A stretch of DNA of 64,000 nt from Octopus vulgaris. Lineage: Eukaryota. Each line of letters starts with the position of its first letter. Position 1 is the first letter of the stretch. The stretch spans positions 99,572,001 through 99,636,000 of the forward strand of contig OX597820.1 of the NCBI GenBank assembly GCA_951406725.2. Direction: 5' to 3'. Below, piece after piece: positions 1-12,560 of this stretch. The notes beneath the pieces were generated by a model, which saw only the letters and a list, made by a program, of their open reading frames with translations, did not search any database and was not told the DNA's origin. Made by a program: the position numbers and the translations under genes.

Positions 1-660
1 TCTTTTAAACGCTTGTCATTTCTTTTATTGAAAGTAGGAGTTTAGAACCTTGTCGAATGTCAAAATCTTCACCAATTAAGATAAAGTCAGGTTTGCACTG
101 ATTGTGGAAGATAATTCCCAATAGAATTGCTCAGATTCTGCTACTGGGAGTTCGTTGTGTGGTTTGTAGCGGCAGAGAGTAGTAATTGCAAAGTTTCTAT
201 GACACGTTCACTACATTTCACAATACTGATGCAGGTATCAAAGCGGGTTGGAAGAAAGAAGGGAACCTACATTTCTCACGTTCCTCTATATTGATAATTT
301 TATAACAGTGTCTCCTGCATAAGTGACTCATCTGTTATATTTTAATGATCCTGTAAACGGCTGGATGCCAATGCTGTATATAAGCACGTCATATACAAGT
401 TTTTCCTTCTTGGAAATTGTGGTTAATGTCCAGTTTTGAACATGCTGACAGTAATATGCTAGAAGAATATAATAGCACCAGATTTGCCTGTGTCAGGGTT
501 GAACTGTTCGTGAGGATCTAGAAAACACCAATCATTCCTATTGGGAACCAATGTTGACTGAAGTGAGGACATCGACTCAAGAACTCTAACACTAGAATTG
601 CTGTGTTGTGAACCAATCTTGTCTACTGAAAGCACAGCTCCTTCAGTTAACATTTTCTGC
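1..660 (-). mobile_element. Highly decayed LINE (APE endonuclease-like) remnant
   Basis: Minus-strand residues CRYKPHNELP..ESEQFYWEL resemble the APE YSP..N...E.FY..L segment; many disruptions. Confidence 0.3.
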
Positions 661-1191
661 TAAATCTGGTTCCTTAGCCTTTGATGCACGTCATCCTTTT
701 CCCAAGAAAACAGTTCTTTACTTGTTTAGCTGGTGTCTCATAACATTTAGACTTCCAGGTTAACACTGCATGACAGCAGTTACCATTTGATTGAAGCTTT
801 TAACTGATTTCTGCTGAATCTAGGACTCTATATTAGGTTAAAGTGGTTTAGTAGTTTACACAGCAACCCTTTCAGTGGACGCTGTTCCAGGAAAGAACAA
901 ACTCGGGCAAAATGTCAGTTAAAAGATAATTCCATTCTTTCCAATATCTAGGGTTTTCCAAACTTAGGTCCTGACACCGGAGGCGAAATATAGACTGTAA
1001 AGGAGCTTCAAGATCACATTTACGGCACGTGCACTAGGATTCTCATGAGGGATCATGGCATGAGCAGACACTTTGAACTTATAAAAGGTGTTTTTTTTTC
1101 CTGATTTATATATATATATAATATTTTTTGAAATTTGATTTAGTATTTCTAAATTGAATTATTCCCTGTAGGTTTGGAATAATATTCCCTC

Positions 1192-1232
<41 letters not shown>

Positions 1233-1322
1233 TTAGAGACAAAACCACTATTTTGCAAATCAAACAAGGAAAGACTTAATCAATACATAAAAAAATTTTT
1301 TTAATATAAAGTAAATAAATCG

Positions 1323-1366
1323 CCACTACAATTGTTTCCTGTCTTCAAATGACATTCATCAGGTGG
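1323..1366 (-). ncRNA. Minimal type I hammerhead ribozyme (inverted copy of 2316-2359)
   Basis: Exact reverse complement of 2316-2359. Confidence 0.8.
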
Positions 1367-2315
1367 ATTTCGTATCTAAAAATATCAATATTTTAAAAAA
1401 TAAATAAATTTAAAATGGCTAAAACTATAAATAATATAAATTTATCAATGAAAAAATATAAAAATATATGATCCATATATAATCTATATATAATCTATAT
1501 ATAATATAATCAAGAACTAAAATAACCTCTATAAACAATTGAATATAAAGAAACCTATTATTAAAGTTCTCATATTTAAAGATGTGGTTAAAGGGAGGTT
1601 TTAACATTATATGTATATATGGGTTTCGTTTATCATGATTGTTTTATTAAAGAATTTTATAGTAAATTCTGTCTAATTACGTTTATTAACATATTATTCC
1701 ATTCTATTCCATTCATAATTTTTAAATAACGTTCGTTCATAACGCGCAGAATGAAATGTTTATATTGTTGTGGTTGAGTATATGCGGATGCTGGTTGTGT
1801 GGTTGTCATGCAGAGTGAGTGTGTTTATGAATGAGGGTTGTATGTGTGTGTGAGGGGGTATGAATAAGTAATGTGTTGAAGTATTTGGCTATTTTATTAA
1901 TTTATCGTTGCCTAGATGTTTATGTGTATGTATAGAGATATATATGGGCGTGTGAGTTAGTGTATGTATTTAGATATGTTTATATATACTTAGATATATG
2001 TGTATGAGCATGTGTGTATATATAGTTTATTTTTATTTTTGTTTTTTGTTTTTTGTTTTTTTGTTTTTTGTTTTTTGTTTTTTGAAATTAGATTCTTCAT
2101 CTTTAAATATGAGAACTTTAATAATAGGTTTCTTTATATTCAATTGTTTATAGAGGTTATTTTAGTTCTTGATTATATTATATATAGAGTATATATAGAT
2201 TATATATGGATTATATATTTTTATATTTTTTCATTGATAAATTTATATTATTTATAGTTTTAGCCATTTTAAATTTATTTATTTTTTAAAATATTGATAT
2301 TTTTAGATACGAAAT

Positions 2316-2359
2316 CCACCTGATGAATGTCATTTGAAGACAGGAAACAATTGTAGTGG
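2316..2359 (+). ncRNA. Minimal type I hammerhead ribozyme (intact core)
   Basis: CCAC-CTGATGA-A-TGTC-atttgaa-GACA-G-GAAAC-AATT-GTA^GTGG; stems I and II pair; predicted cut after 2355. Confidence 0.8.
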
Positions 2360-2533
2360 CGATTTATTTACTTTATATTAAATTTTTTTTATGTATTGAT
2401 TAAGTCTTTCCTTGTTTGATTTGCAAAATAGTGGTTTTGTCTCTAATTAATATTATATAATATTTTACTATAAAATTGGATTCAATCCTAAATCTGATTT
2501 TTCCCTGTAAATTTGGATTTATTCCCTAATATT

Positions 2534-2536
<3 letters not shown>

Positions 2537-2585
<49 letters not shown>

Positions 2586-2875
2586 GTATGTATATATATA
2601 TATATATATGTATATATATGTATATATATATACACACACACATATACATACATATATATATATATGTATACATACATATATATATGCATATATATATATA
2701 TGTATATATATATGTATATTTACATGTATATGCATATGTATATATACATGTATATATACATATATACAGAGATGTATATGTATATATACATATATATATA
2801 TCTGTATGTATATATACATATATATGTATATATACATATATATATGTATATATACACACACACACACACACATAA

Positions 2876-2916
<41 letters not shown>

Positions 2917-2981
2917 GTATGCACATATATGTATGTATCTTTATATACATATATACATATATATGTATACGTACACACACA

Positions 2982-3030
<49 letters not shown>
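2537..3030. repeat. Compound (TA)/(CA)/(TATG) microsatellite, representative of many in the window (e.g. 8835-8980, 27130-27410, 40640-40870, 51200-51550)
   Basis: Direct reading. Confidence 0.95.
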
Positions 3031-3032
<2 letters not shown>

Positions 3033-3037
3033 TTGTA

Positions 3038-3797
3038 TAATGGTTGTCCACTCATACAGAATTTGACCACCTTCTCTACCTATATCTTAGAACTATTGTG
3101 GCATCTGGTGTGGCTTTTTAAACCAGATAATGTTCTAAAGAGACACTCACGTAGATTGCGTATCCGATTTGGACCACCAAGAGCTGCAGATAAGTTCTGA
3201 TGTTTGTGGATCTTAAAATGTATTTTGAGACCTCCCTTAGATTTGCAGACCTTTTGGCATACACTGCATTCAAAAGTGTGCACAGACATAGGCAGAATAG
3301 TTGGTGGAAGTTCATTTTCCATAGGTTCGCAAATGATATTTGAACCCAGCAAAAGAAAGGCATGGTCTGTCACAAACTGTGCACACAAGAAGGTCATTGT
3401 GATTCACCTTCTCGATCGTAACATTCTTCCTTAAATCTCTTTTGAGTTTTGCATGCGTTATCCTAAACTCTTCAAACGCTTTTACTCCATTCCATACTTT
3501 CATATCGCATTTTAAACATTAAATGGAGTTCTTTTACTCCAAACACAGATGTTCTAGCATCAGCAGGCATCACCTCAATTAAAGCGATGATTTTGAGAAA
3601 CCAAATGAGATAGTGTGGTCATATTGTTCGAATGGCGGATGAACGAATGCCAAAACAGCTGTTTTATGGTGATTTTGCTGAGGGAAAACACTATCGGCGT
3701 AAGCATAAAAGAAGGTTTGAGGACGGTATAAAGACTAGTATGAAGTCACATGAAATGGATCCAGAGGACATAGAAACCCTTGCTTCGGATCGAGATG
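3038..3797 (-). mobile_element. RTE-type LINE 3' fragment with inverted 5' segment
   Basis: 3038-3520 (-) encodes C2H2-like fingers (CTVCDRPC..H, CSVCQKVCKSKGGLKIH); 3520-3797 (+) encodes the preceding [18 protein letters not shown]...ASDR region. Confidence 0.8.
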
Positions 3798-3831
3798 CAT
3801 ACATACATTCATACATACATACATACATACA

Positions 3832-3867
<36 letters not shown>

Positions 3868-3914
3868 CATACTCACATACATATATATTTATGTCTATCT
3901 ATCTATCTATCTCT

Positions 3915-3996
<82 letters not shown>

Positions 3997-4157
3997 TATA
4001 TAAGACGTGTAAAATTTGAATGAAATTAGTTGGGCAGTTCTCAAGTTTTAGTGATGCAGACAGCCGACAGTCAGACATACTCAGTTTTAAATATGTGTGT
4101 GTGTGTGTGTGCGTTTGTTTGTGTGTGTGAGTGTGTATATCTATATATATGTACATG

Positions 4158-4283
<126 letters not shown>

Positions 4284-4304
4284 CGTCCGTCCGTCCGTCC
4301 GTCC

Positions 4305-4345
<41 letters not shown>

Positions 4346-4496
4346 ATATACGTAGCCACTTCAAAATGACTGTCCGTCCGAACGGACTCTACTGCGATTT
4401 TTTAATCCCTAGAGGACACATCCACTAGCTGGTTAACGATGCAGAGCTGCATCCGATAAATGTTAGAACTAGTATTTTTGCTTATATACATATATA

Positions 4497-4883
4497 AGGA
4501 GTGGATTTGTGTGGTAAGTAGCTTGCTTACCAACCATATGGTTCCGGGTTCAGTCCCACTGCGTGGCACCTTGGGCAAGTGTCTTCTACTATAGCTTCGG
4601 GCCGACCAAATCCTTGTGAGTGGATTTGGTAGACGGAAACTGAAAGAAGCCCGTCGTATATATGTGTATATATATATATGTGTGTGTGTGTGTCCCCAGC
4701 ATCGCTTGACACCCAATGCTGGTGTTTTTACGTATCCGTAACTTAGCGGTTCGGCAAAATAGACCGATAGAATAAGTACTAGGCTTACAAAGAATAAGTC
4801 CTGGAGTCGATTTTCTCGACAAAAGGCGGTGCTCCAGCATGGCCACAGTCAAATGACTGAAACAAGTAAAAGAGTAAAGAGTA
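4497..4883 (+). mobile_element. tRNA-derived SINE family A
   Basis: Head ggagtgg..gtgtggtaag...ccgggttcagtcc (A/B box-like), internal (TA/TG)n, (AAGAGT)n tail; many copies in the window. Confidence 0.85.
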
Positions 4884-6214
4884 TATATATTGGTAAAACG
4901 GTAAGATAACAAAAGAAAGAAAGAGACCTTAATATTATGTAAAGGTGTGCACAGACATATAGGCAGAATAGTATGTATATATGCATGTATGTATGTATGT
5001 ATGTATGTATGTATGTATGTATGTATGTATGTATGTGTGTGTGTGTGTGTGTATAAACACACACACACGCAAACACACACATGTGCACGCACATATATTC
5101 TTTTACTGATTTTAATAATCAGGTTGTGGCTATGCTCAGGTACTGCCTTCAAGTGTTAAGTAATCTTGTCGCCCTCCCGCTGGTATGATTTCAGTCTGGT
5201 ACATACGTTAGTTCATGACTATCGAACCATAAAATATAGAAAATGAAACGAGACATAGTTAGCAACATCGGTTTTAAACTGTAGAAAGCATAAATAGACA
5301 CAGACACATATTCGTACATACATGCATGCATATTTTTAAAGTATGAATTTATCTTGTATGGTGTTATTTCTTAAGTCTTGATATCCAATTTTCACTGGTT
5401 ATGTCTCTCGAGTCGTTTCTGTAGTAATTATGCAAATTAACCTGATCCTTTAATGTTCTCTTCTCATTTTTGTACATGTTTAGGCGGTAGGTGGTTGTGG
5501 TGGTGGTAAATTGATAGTTAGTTAACTCTTATATTTTGGACGTATTTTTTTCGTGGAGACTTTGAGTACTTCTGAATTTTATGTTTTCGATTAACATAAA
5601 AATATTGTTTTCAAAAAATTGAAGAAGCTTGTTTAACAGGTGGAGTCTTAAAGCGACATGTAAAATTATAGATGTTCTCAGTTTTTTTTTCTTTATTTCA
5701 AAGAAAAATGCTTTTCACCTTAATGTAATAATAATGTCATATGTTTACTGCTGGAGATATTTGAAGCTAGTTTTCATGGAAAATCTAGCAACGTTTTTAA
5801 TTGATAGAGAGATGTGTTTCAGCATGTTTTTACTTTAACTATTTCTAGTCTATAGAGCGCTTGACGTAAAAAAAAGTATTTTTATACACATTTGTTAGTG
5901 CCAGTAGCCATTCAACGATGCTTTCGTTGTAGAATATCTTTTGTAGTTCCTCGTCTGTCATTGCTCGATCGCAATCATATATTCAAATCTCATTTGTGTC
6001 AATAAGTACGATTAATTGAATTAGATTCATCAATTTCTTTTCGTATTTTATGGATTTAAGTATACGAAAATTTTTTTCTAATGAGACACAGTATCATGCA
6101 TGTAGATATTTAGCTAAGTATTTCCTAACTGTACGTATTGAAATGCTAAATAGTTGTACCAAATATCTAAAGTGTTACTTTATTAGCACCGTTACTTTCA
6201 TTGAAGTCACTATA

Positions 6215-6610
6215 CCTTTTACTTGTTTCAGTCAATGGAATGCAGCTATACTGGGGCACTGCAATGAAGGGTTTAGTCGAACAAATCGATCTCAGTACTT
6301 ACCTTTTCTTAAAAGTCAGATACTTGTTGTATCATTCTCTTTTTGCCGAACCGCTAGGTTACGGAGACGTTAGCAAGCCAACACTGGTTGTCAAGCAGTG
6401 GTGGGAGACAAATGCAAAGACAAATGCGCGTCCGCACACACATACACACGTACACTCTCACGCATACATCTTGAGTATATGTCTCCTACTAATACGTCGG
6501 TCGGTCCAAAGTTATAACAGGAGACATATGCACAAGGTGTCACTCAGTGGGACTAAACCCAAAACCATATGGTAAGCCAGCAAACTTCGTACTACACACC
6601 CACGTCAGCG
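6215..6610 (-). mobile_element. SINE family A, degenerate
   Basis: Diverged homology to 4497-4883. Confidence 0.65.
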
Positions 6611-6746
6611 CCCATAACAGTGAGATGCTTACAACACCTAGGTTTTCAAAGCCGTCACTTACTAATTTAATATCTATATATTTGTACCTAAATATTCATC
6701 GTCTGAAACTCTCCACTCTTTGCTTTCTCTCATTTTCGCATGTATA

Positions 6747-6798
<52 letters not shown>

Positions 6799-6805
<7 letters not shown>

Positions 6806-7050
6806 AAAGGGCTAAAAAACACTATGTGGTCAGCCATATGCTAGAAGTAGATCACCTACGATCAAACTACAAAGATCGTAGGTGATCTACTTCTAGCATA
6901 CAGCTGACCACTTAGTGGTTTTTTAGCCCTTTAAATATACACGTATTAGAATTTTCTTTGATTTTTCAGATTTTTGTATGCTAGGCTACTGGTTTTAAAT
7001 TGATATTAATTAAATTAATATTCAATTTATCTCCCTCATTATTTAAATTT
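6799..7050 (+). mobile_element. Short palindromic PLE-like terminal element
   Basis: Arms 6799-6863 / 6874-6938; tail ending ctccctcatt..(AT)n; centre at GATC-GTA. Confidence 0.6.
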
Positions 7051-7060
7051 ATATATATAT

Positions 7061-7474
7061 GGTGTAAACAGAGTTAGCGGTTATAATAACCGACAAAGTG
7101 ATAGAATATCCGTATGTTCTATTGGTATCTGTTATCCATGTTATCACTAGGCATTGGTGTGCAGGCACACTATGCACATAGAGTACAGGTAACTGCAGGA
7201 TAAAAAAGAGTTTATCTGGAAGAAAATACAGATAATCAGAAAATGAAGAAAACCTCAGATTTACAAACACATCGATTGGATCACATTTATAGCTTATTTT
7301 TTTTAATACAAAGCATGACATAACAAATAGGTGACGTAACAAATCTTGAGGAAACGGCCGTAAGATTTGTTACGTCACCTATTTGTTATGACATGCTTTG
7401 TATTAAAAAATAAGCTATACATGTATTCCAATCGTTGTGTTTGTTAATCTGAGGTTTTTTCCATTTTCTAATTA
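7061..7474 (-). mobile_element. Short palindromic PLE-like terminal element
   Basis: Arms 7233-7347 / 7362-7474; spacer contains GAAAC-GGCC-GTA; flanked by (TA)n. Confidence 0.65.
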
Positions 7475-7495
7475 TATATATATATATATATATAT

Positions 7496-7750
7496 CAATA
7501 ACAATAACAATAATATGACAACAAAAGAATGAATGAGACCTCGATATTATGTAAGATAGCGGGATTTATCTATAAATATAATTGGTTGTCATAATAAAAC
7601 TCAGAGTTTCGGATACCGGAGATGATTTCCGCTCCGGCATCTTATCAGTTATTTAAGATAAAACGTTTTGTCTTAATAACTGATGAGGTGCCGGAGCGGA
7701 AATCATCTCCGGTATCCGAAACTCTGAGTTTTATTATGACAACCAACTAG
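7496..7750 (-). mobile_element. Short palindromic PLE-like terminal element with hammerheads
   Basis: Arms 7582-7664 / 7665-7746, each containing a hammerhead. Confidence 0.7.
7675..7735 (+). ncRNA. Type I hammerhead ribozyme (GUU site)
   Basis: AATAA-CTGATGA-GGTGCCGGAG-loop-CTCCGGTATC-CGAAAC-TCTGA-GTT^TTATT; the inverted copy at 7593-7653 has core CTGATAA (G8A). Confidence 0.7.
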
Positions 7751-7785
7751 TTGTCACATATCATATATGCATATATATATACATA

Positions 7786-7840
<55 letters not shown>

Positions 7841-7866
7841 TTGAAAATGGATGCGTCCGTGAATTA

Positions 7867-7901
<35 letters not shown>

Positions 7902-7905
<4 letters not shown>

Positions 7906-8076
7906 TATATGGGTACAGGACGCATCAGCAGTGCAAATAACTTGGAATACATAAACATGACAGTGGGGACATACAAGGAAACCGAACGAAAACAAACATA
8001 GAAGGTCGTTAGACCAGAACAAGAAAAAATAGTGAACGCTGGGAGAAACATTTCTTTTGAAAAGAGAAAAGATAGA

Positions 8077-8137
<61 letters not shown>

Positions 8138-8560
8138 GAGAAAGAAGGGAAAGATAGAAAACGGTGAAGGAAGGAGGGGAGAAAAAGGGAATTAGAGAAG
8201 GACGGAGGAAGAAAACAGTACCCAGCGTTCACTATTTTCCTCTCGTTCTGGTCGAACGACCTTCCATATTTGTTTTCGTTCGGTTTTCTTGTATGTCACC
8301 ACTGTCATGTTTTTGTTCCCAACTTTGATACTCCATAAATCCTAAATTTTATTTTAGAACTTATGGGAGCAACTGTCTTTGAGGGCTCATATTGTTGTTG
8401 AATGCTCGAAATGAGGAGTAGATGGACAACTGATGAAGGGTCCTTTCTCTGCGTTTACTTGTCCTGTTTTATATTTTTTTCTCGTTGTTTACGTAATTAA
8501 CTTGTTTGTTTATGCATTTCATGTTATTTGCCCCGTTGGTGACGCTCTGTACTCATATAT
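7902..8560. mobile_element. Head-to-head copies of a PLE-like 3'-end family (terminus ..tgtac(c/t)catatatgc(AT)n)
   Basis: Inverted repeat 7945-8043 / 8221-8320; the same terminus recurs near 25715-25735 (+) and 40952-41130 (-). Confidence 0.55.
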
Positions 8561-8832
8561 GCATGAGTATACACACACACACACACACACTCACACACAC
8601 ACACAAACACACACACACACACACACATATTTCGTACTTCATACCCAAGCTGTTATATTTAATATATCTAATGTGTTAATCCGCATAGTTGTCTCCATAT
8701 TTGCTCAACCTGATCTCTCTTATAGCCATTCTTTACCCTTCTGCTGATGCCCCCTAAAGACATCAGAGTCTTAGAATCACGAGCGCTATTAAGTGTGTTC
8801 TATACCGAGAATCTCTGGATCACATCTGCGGA

Positions 8833-8982
<150 letters not shown>

Positions 8983-10888
8983 CAACATCTGCTGCTTCTC
9001 GCGTCAAAGAATTTTAGTATTTTCCCGTTATAGTGTTTTTTTCCATATCGAGTGCAATGATGAACTAGACAGTAACTCCTCATATATAAAAAAGAGCGGG
9101 GAAAATGATGGCAAAGAGGAATTGAGAGAGGGTGTGATGTTGCATTATTTAATATTTCTTCACATATTATTTTTCCTTTTGACTTCTAAGATACCATTTT
9201 CGGTACCAAGTGACGCCAGTTTGAGCAGTTTCTAGGCTTCAGCTTCCAATGTCATTTTCTTAATGCCAGCAGTTTTTGGTAGTCTTTGTAACAGCAGAAA
9301 AGATATTTTGGTGGACTTATCCTGGTGGAAAGAAATTCTTTTCATTCTACTCTGCTACTCACACACGCATGTGCGCGTACGCATGCACACATACATATAC
9401 ATATTTTAGTGTTCAGATTGATTCCATTCTCATTGCCTGCCTGCCTGTTCGTCCGCCCGTCCGTCGGTCCGTCCGTCGGTCGGTCAGTCGGTCGGTCGGT
9501 CGGTCCGTCCGTCTGTCTGTCTGTTTGTCTGTCTGTCTGCCTCTCACTCACTCACTCAGTATCTCTCTCTCTCTCTCTCTCTCTAAATTTTCTAGGTAGT
9601 ACCTGTCAGTAATTCTTAATCTTCCTGCTTCAATCATTACTCTTTTACCTCTTTTACTTGTTTTTTTTTTTTTACCATTTCGAAGCATTACCTTTTCTGC
9701 ACAATTCACGTTGTGACCATGGTTGTTTTCAGTGAGTAGAAGCTGAGAAGATTCAATGAGACGGAAACTACATGTTGTATATTTGAAAAGTTAGTTTTTC
9801 AAGTTTTTAGTCTTACGGTTTCATTAACTCACATTATATCTATTGTATCTCATTAACTCCCATTATGACTGTTGTATTTCTTTTTGCTTATTGTTCTTTC
9901 CTCTTTTTTGACATTCACCGTTTGTCTCCACCCCTTTATGTCATGAAGTATTGACTCTACATACATATCTCTCTACCTGCAGTTTTTCCCATCCCTAGCA
10001 ATAACTCTCACTCTACATCTCTTATATTTTATCACGTTGCCTCTCTAATTTATCCTCTCTATGGCAGAGCTCTGTCATTCTTATTCCCACACCTCGTCTC
10101 TTAGTGTAATACTCACTCGTGTCCTTTCTTCCTTTCATACTTTCTTCAGTCCTTGATATTTCATTGTCTGCTCACCAGATTGTGTGTATCACCTGCATTC
10201 TTGATAGATGACTAGTTTCTTGCCTTCCGCCTATTTTATCAACATAACATCTGTCTATTTATCTAGTCTATTGCTCTTCAGAATTGCCACTGCTTTCTCA
10301 TCCTTTAACTAACTCTTACCGTGAGCATTCCACTTGGACAGTTAAGCGACTGTTGTTAGTGGGGATGCTTATGTAGGTGAATTTAGCATAATCTTCCATC
10401 GTTAGCTACTTCGCAAGCTACATCTTCTTCCACATTTCTACAGAGAAGAGGAGACTTAATGGAAAAACCGGACGAATGTTAGCAGTATCTATGAAATGCT
10501 AAAATGATGATGTCAACTTCTGGTAAAGCGTGCTTTAAGATAAGAAGTGTAAAAGTGCATGACATTTATAACATTTTTGAAGTTGTCGCCCTTAAATTAG
10601 TTAAGTATGTGAAAATTTAAAGTATTTAAAATTTGGAAGAAAAATAAAAACTAACAAGAAAACAAAGCAAAAATTGACAAAAACAAAAATAAGCCCAAAT
10701 AAAAATAACAAGGACAAAAACATAATGTTTATAGTTGTTTGAAAAATGAAATCACACTGAAACATAAATGCTCAAACCGTAGTTTTTATGTTAAACTCTT
10801 TAGTCATCTTCGATTAGGTATTAAACAATGCCAATTTTTAATTACGATAAACGGTAAAAACAATACAGACACTCATACATTATGTATG

Positions 10889-10959
<71 letters not shown>

Positions 10960-10960
<1 letters not shown>

Positions 10961-11780
10961 TGAGAATTTACGAAAAAAAAGACGAAGACGGGTGTGTAAA
11001 CAACAAACAGATGTATTAGTTTAACGCTCGAGAAGTGAGAAAGTCTTTTATGTTTCGAGCCTACGCTCTTCCACAGAAAGGAACACAGAAATAAACAAGG
11101 CGAGAAAATAGAAAAAAGGTTTAGTGGCTAGCGAGCTATCATGGTGAATGCCGGACAGAGGTGTCACACAGGAAGAAGGGGAGATAATAAAGTAGTTTGT
11201 ATGTGAGAGCATGCATGTGCGTGTGGAAGGGGGCTGGTGACATTGACGTGTGCGCGTGTGCATGTGTTGGTGTGTGGATGATGGTGTAGATGCTGGGAAG
11301 TGGTCAGTGCTAGTGTGTGCGGGGTGGTGTGATGTAGTGTAGTGTGGTATGGTGGTGTGTGGTGGTGTGGTGGTATGTGAAGTGGTGGTGTGTAGCGGTG
11401 TGGTGTGGTGTGGTGATGTGTGGGTTGTATGGTGGTGTTGTGGTGTGGGGAGGCGAGGGTAGGGAAAGCAACGGTGGGGGTCTAACGGATGAGATGTGGG
11501 TGGGATGGGATGTATAGGGATGGTAGGGTTGGAATTTGATGGGGTGGCGTAACGACGGAGGGGTTGGAGATGAAGGGAGAGGGTGGAAGGGAGAAAGGTG
11601 GGTAGGAGTGAAGAGAGGAAGTAGGTGCCAGAGCAAGAGAGGAGAGGTGGGTGGGAGGAAGTATGTGTGAGAGGAAGAGAGGAGGAGGGTTAGTTGAAGG
11701 AGGAGAGAAGAGTTGAGCACATGTAGCGCAAAGGAGCGAAGAGAGAAGATTTAGCTCAGAGTATTCTGTCAACACAAGCC
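10960..11780 (-). mobile_element. Penelope-like element 3' end
   Basis: Minus strand 11710-11760 reads about ELxIFSLRSFALHVLNS, resembling a GIY-YIG C-terminal I..L....P.GLN; followed by a purine/GT-rich UTR, a hammerhead-like motif and (TA)n. Confidence 0.5.
11045..11080 (-). ncRNA. Degenerate hammerhead-like motif in a PLE 3' region
   Basis: CTTT-CTGTGGA-A-GAG-cgtagg-CTC-GAAAC-ATA-AAAG; related pieces near 35215-35280 and 38335-38370. Confidence 0.4.
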
Positions 11781-12289
11781 CTCAGATATATGAGAGAGAG
11801 AGAGAGGGGGGGAAGGAGAGAGAGATTTCCACTTCATTAGAGGTTATCAACTCACAAAAAGGGTCGTGGGGTGAAGCCAACCCGAAGTCCACAATTGACC
11901 TCATTCCTGTCGTATCAGCCGAACATACGGGAAATCGCACCACCAAGCGTCTTCACCTGAGTCTTACCTCCGGGAATGGCATTATGTTTAATGAGGCATG
12001 ACACTATCTAAGAAAATATGTGTAATAAATTTACTCTACAATGGGTATTGTCACCGCATGTGCCAATCACTTCATACTTCATACGATTTTCCTATTTACA
12101 AGTCATTTAAAAATGTGTCAATATCTTTACAATGTAATTGTTTGAATATGTTAAAGGACTAAAATATTTATTTATTTATTTATTGATTACATAAATGTAT
12201 ATTTTCAATTACGAATTAAAATTTTACATATTTCTTTTTTTTTACATCTATAAAAGCAAGATACACTAAAAATGTGTTTACATTAACCT

Positions 12290-12560
12290 TCTACATACAC
12301 AAACGTATATGTTTATATGCTTGGTACACAAATGTACGTGTTTAAACGAATATGTTCATATGTCACACATGCAAACATATATATTCAAACACAAACGTAT
12401 ATGTTTATATGTCACAAATAGAAACGCATATGCCTGTATGTTACACACACAAACGTATACGTCCACATGTTACGTATACAAACATATGTTTATATGATGT
12501 ACATACAAATGTATATGTTCATACATTACTAACACAAATGTATGTGTTCATGTGTTTACA
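12290..12560. repeat. Degenerate minisatellite
   Basis: Recurring acacaaa(c/t)gtatatgtt(t/c)atat units. Confidence 0.55.

Larger units (their letters stand above)
1221..2540 (+). mobile_element. Penelope-like terminal element with inverted arms, between (TA)n tracts
   Basis: ~360-bp near-perfect inverted repeat 1221-1584 / 2098-2459, each arm with a hammerhead; 3' tail 2460-2540 runs into (TA)n; a homologous tail at 1121-1197. Confidence 0.75.

Noticed and set aside
1221-2459. Reading the inverted repeats as DNA-transposon (MITE/foldback) TIRs
   Set aside because: Ends are asymmetric (one arm continues into a tail), breakpoints vary, and the arms contain ribozyme motifs; this fits retro-insertion better.
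2513-3200. Many overlapping YI/HT/CV/MYVC-repeat ORFs (also near 27014, 35190, 37426, 40522, 51017)
   Set aside because: Stop-free translations of microsatellites; not genes.
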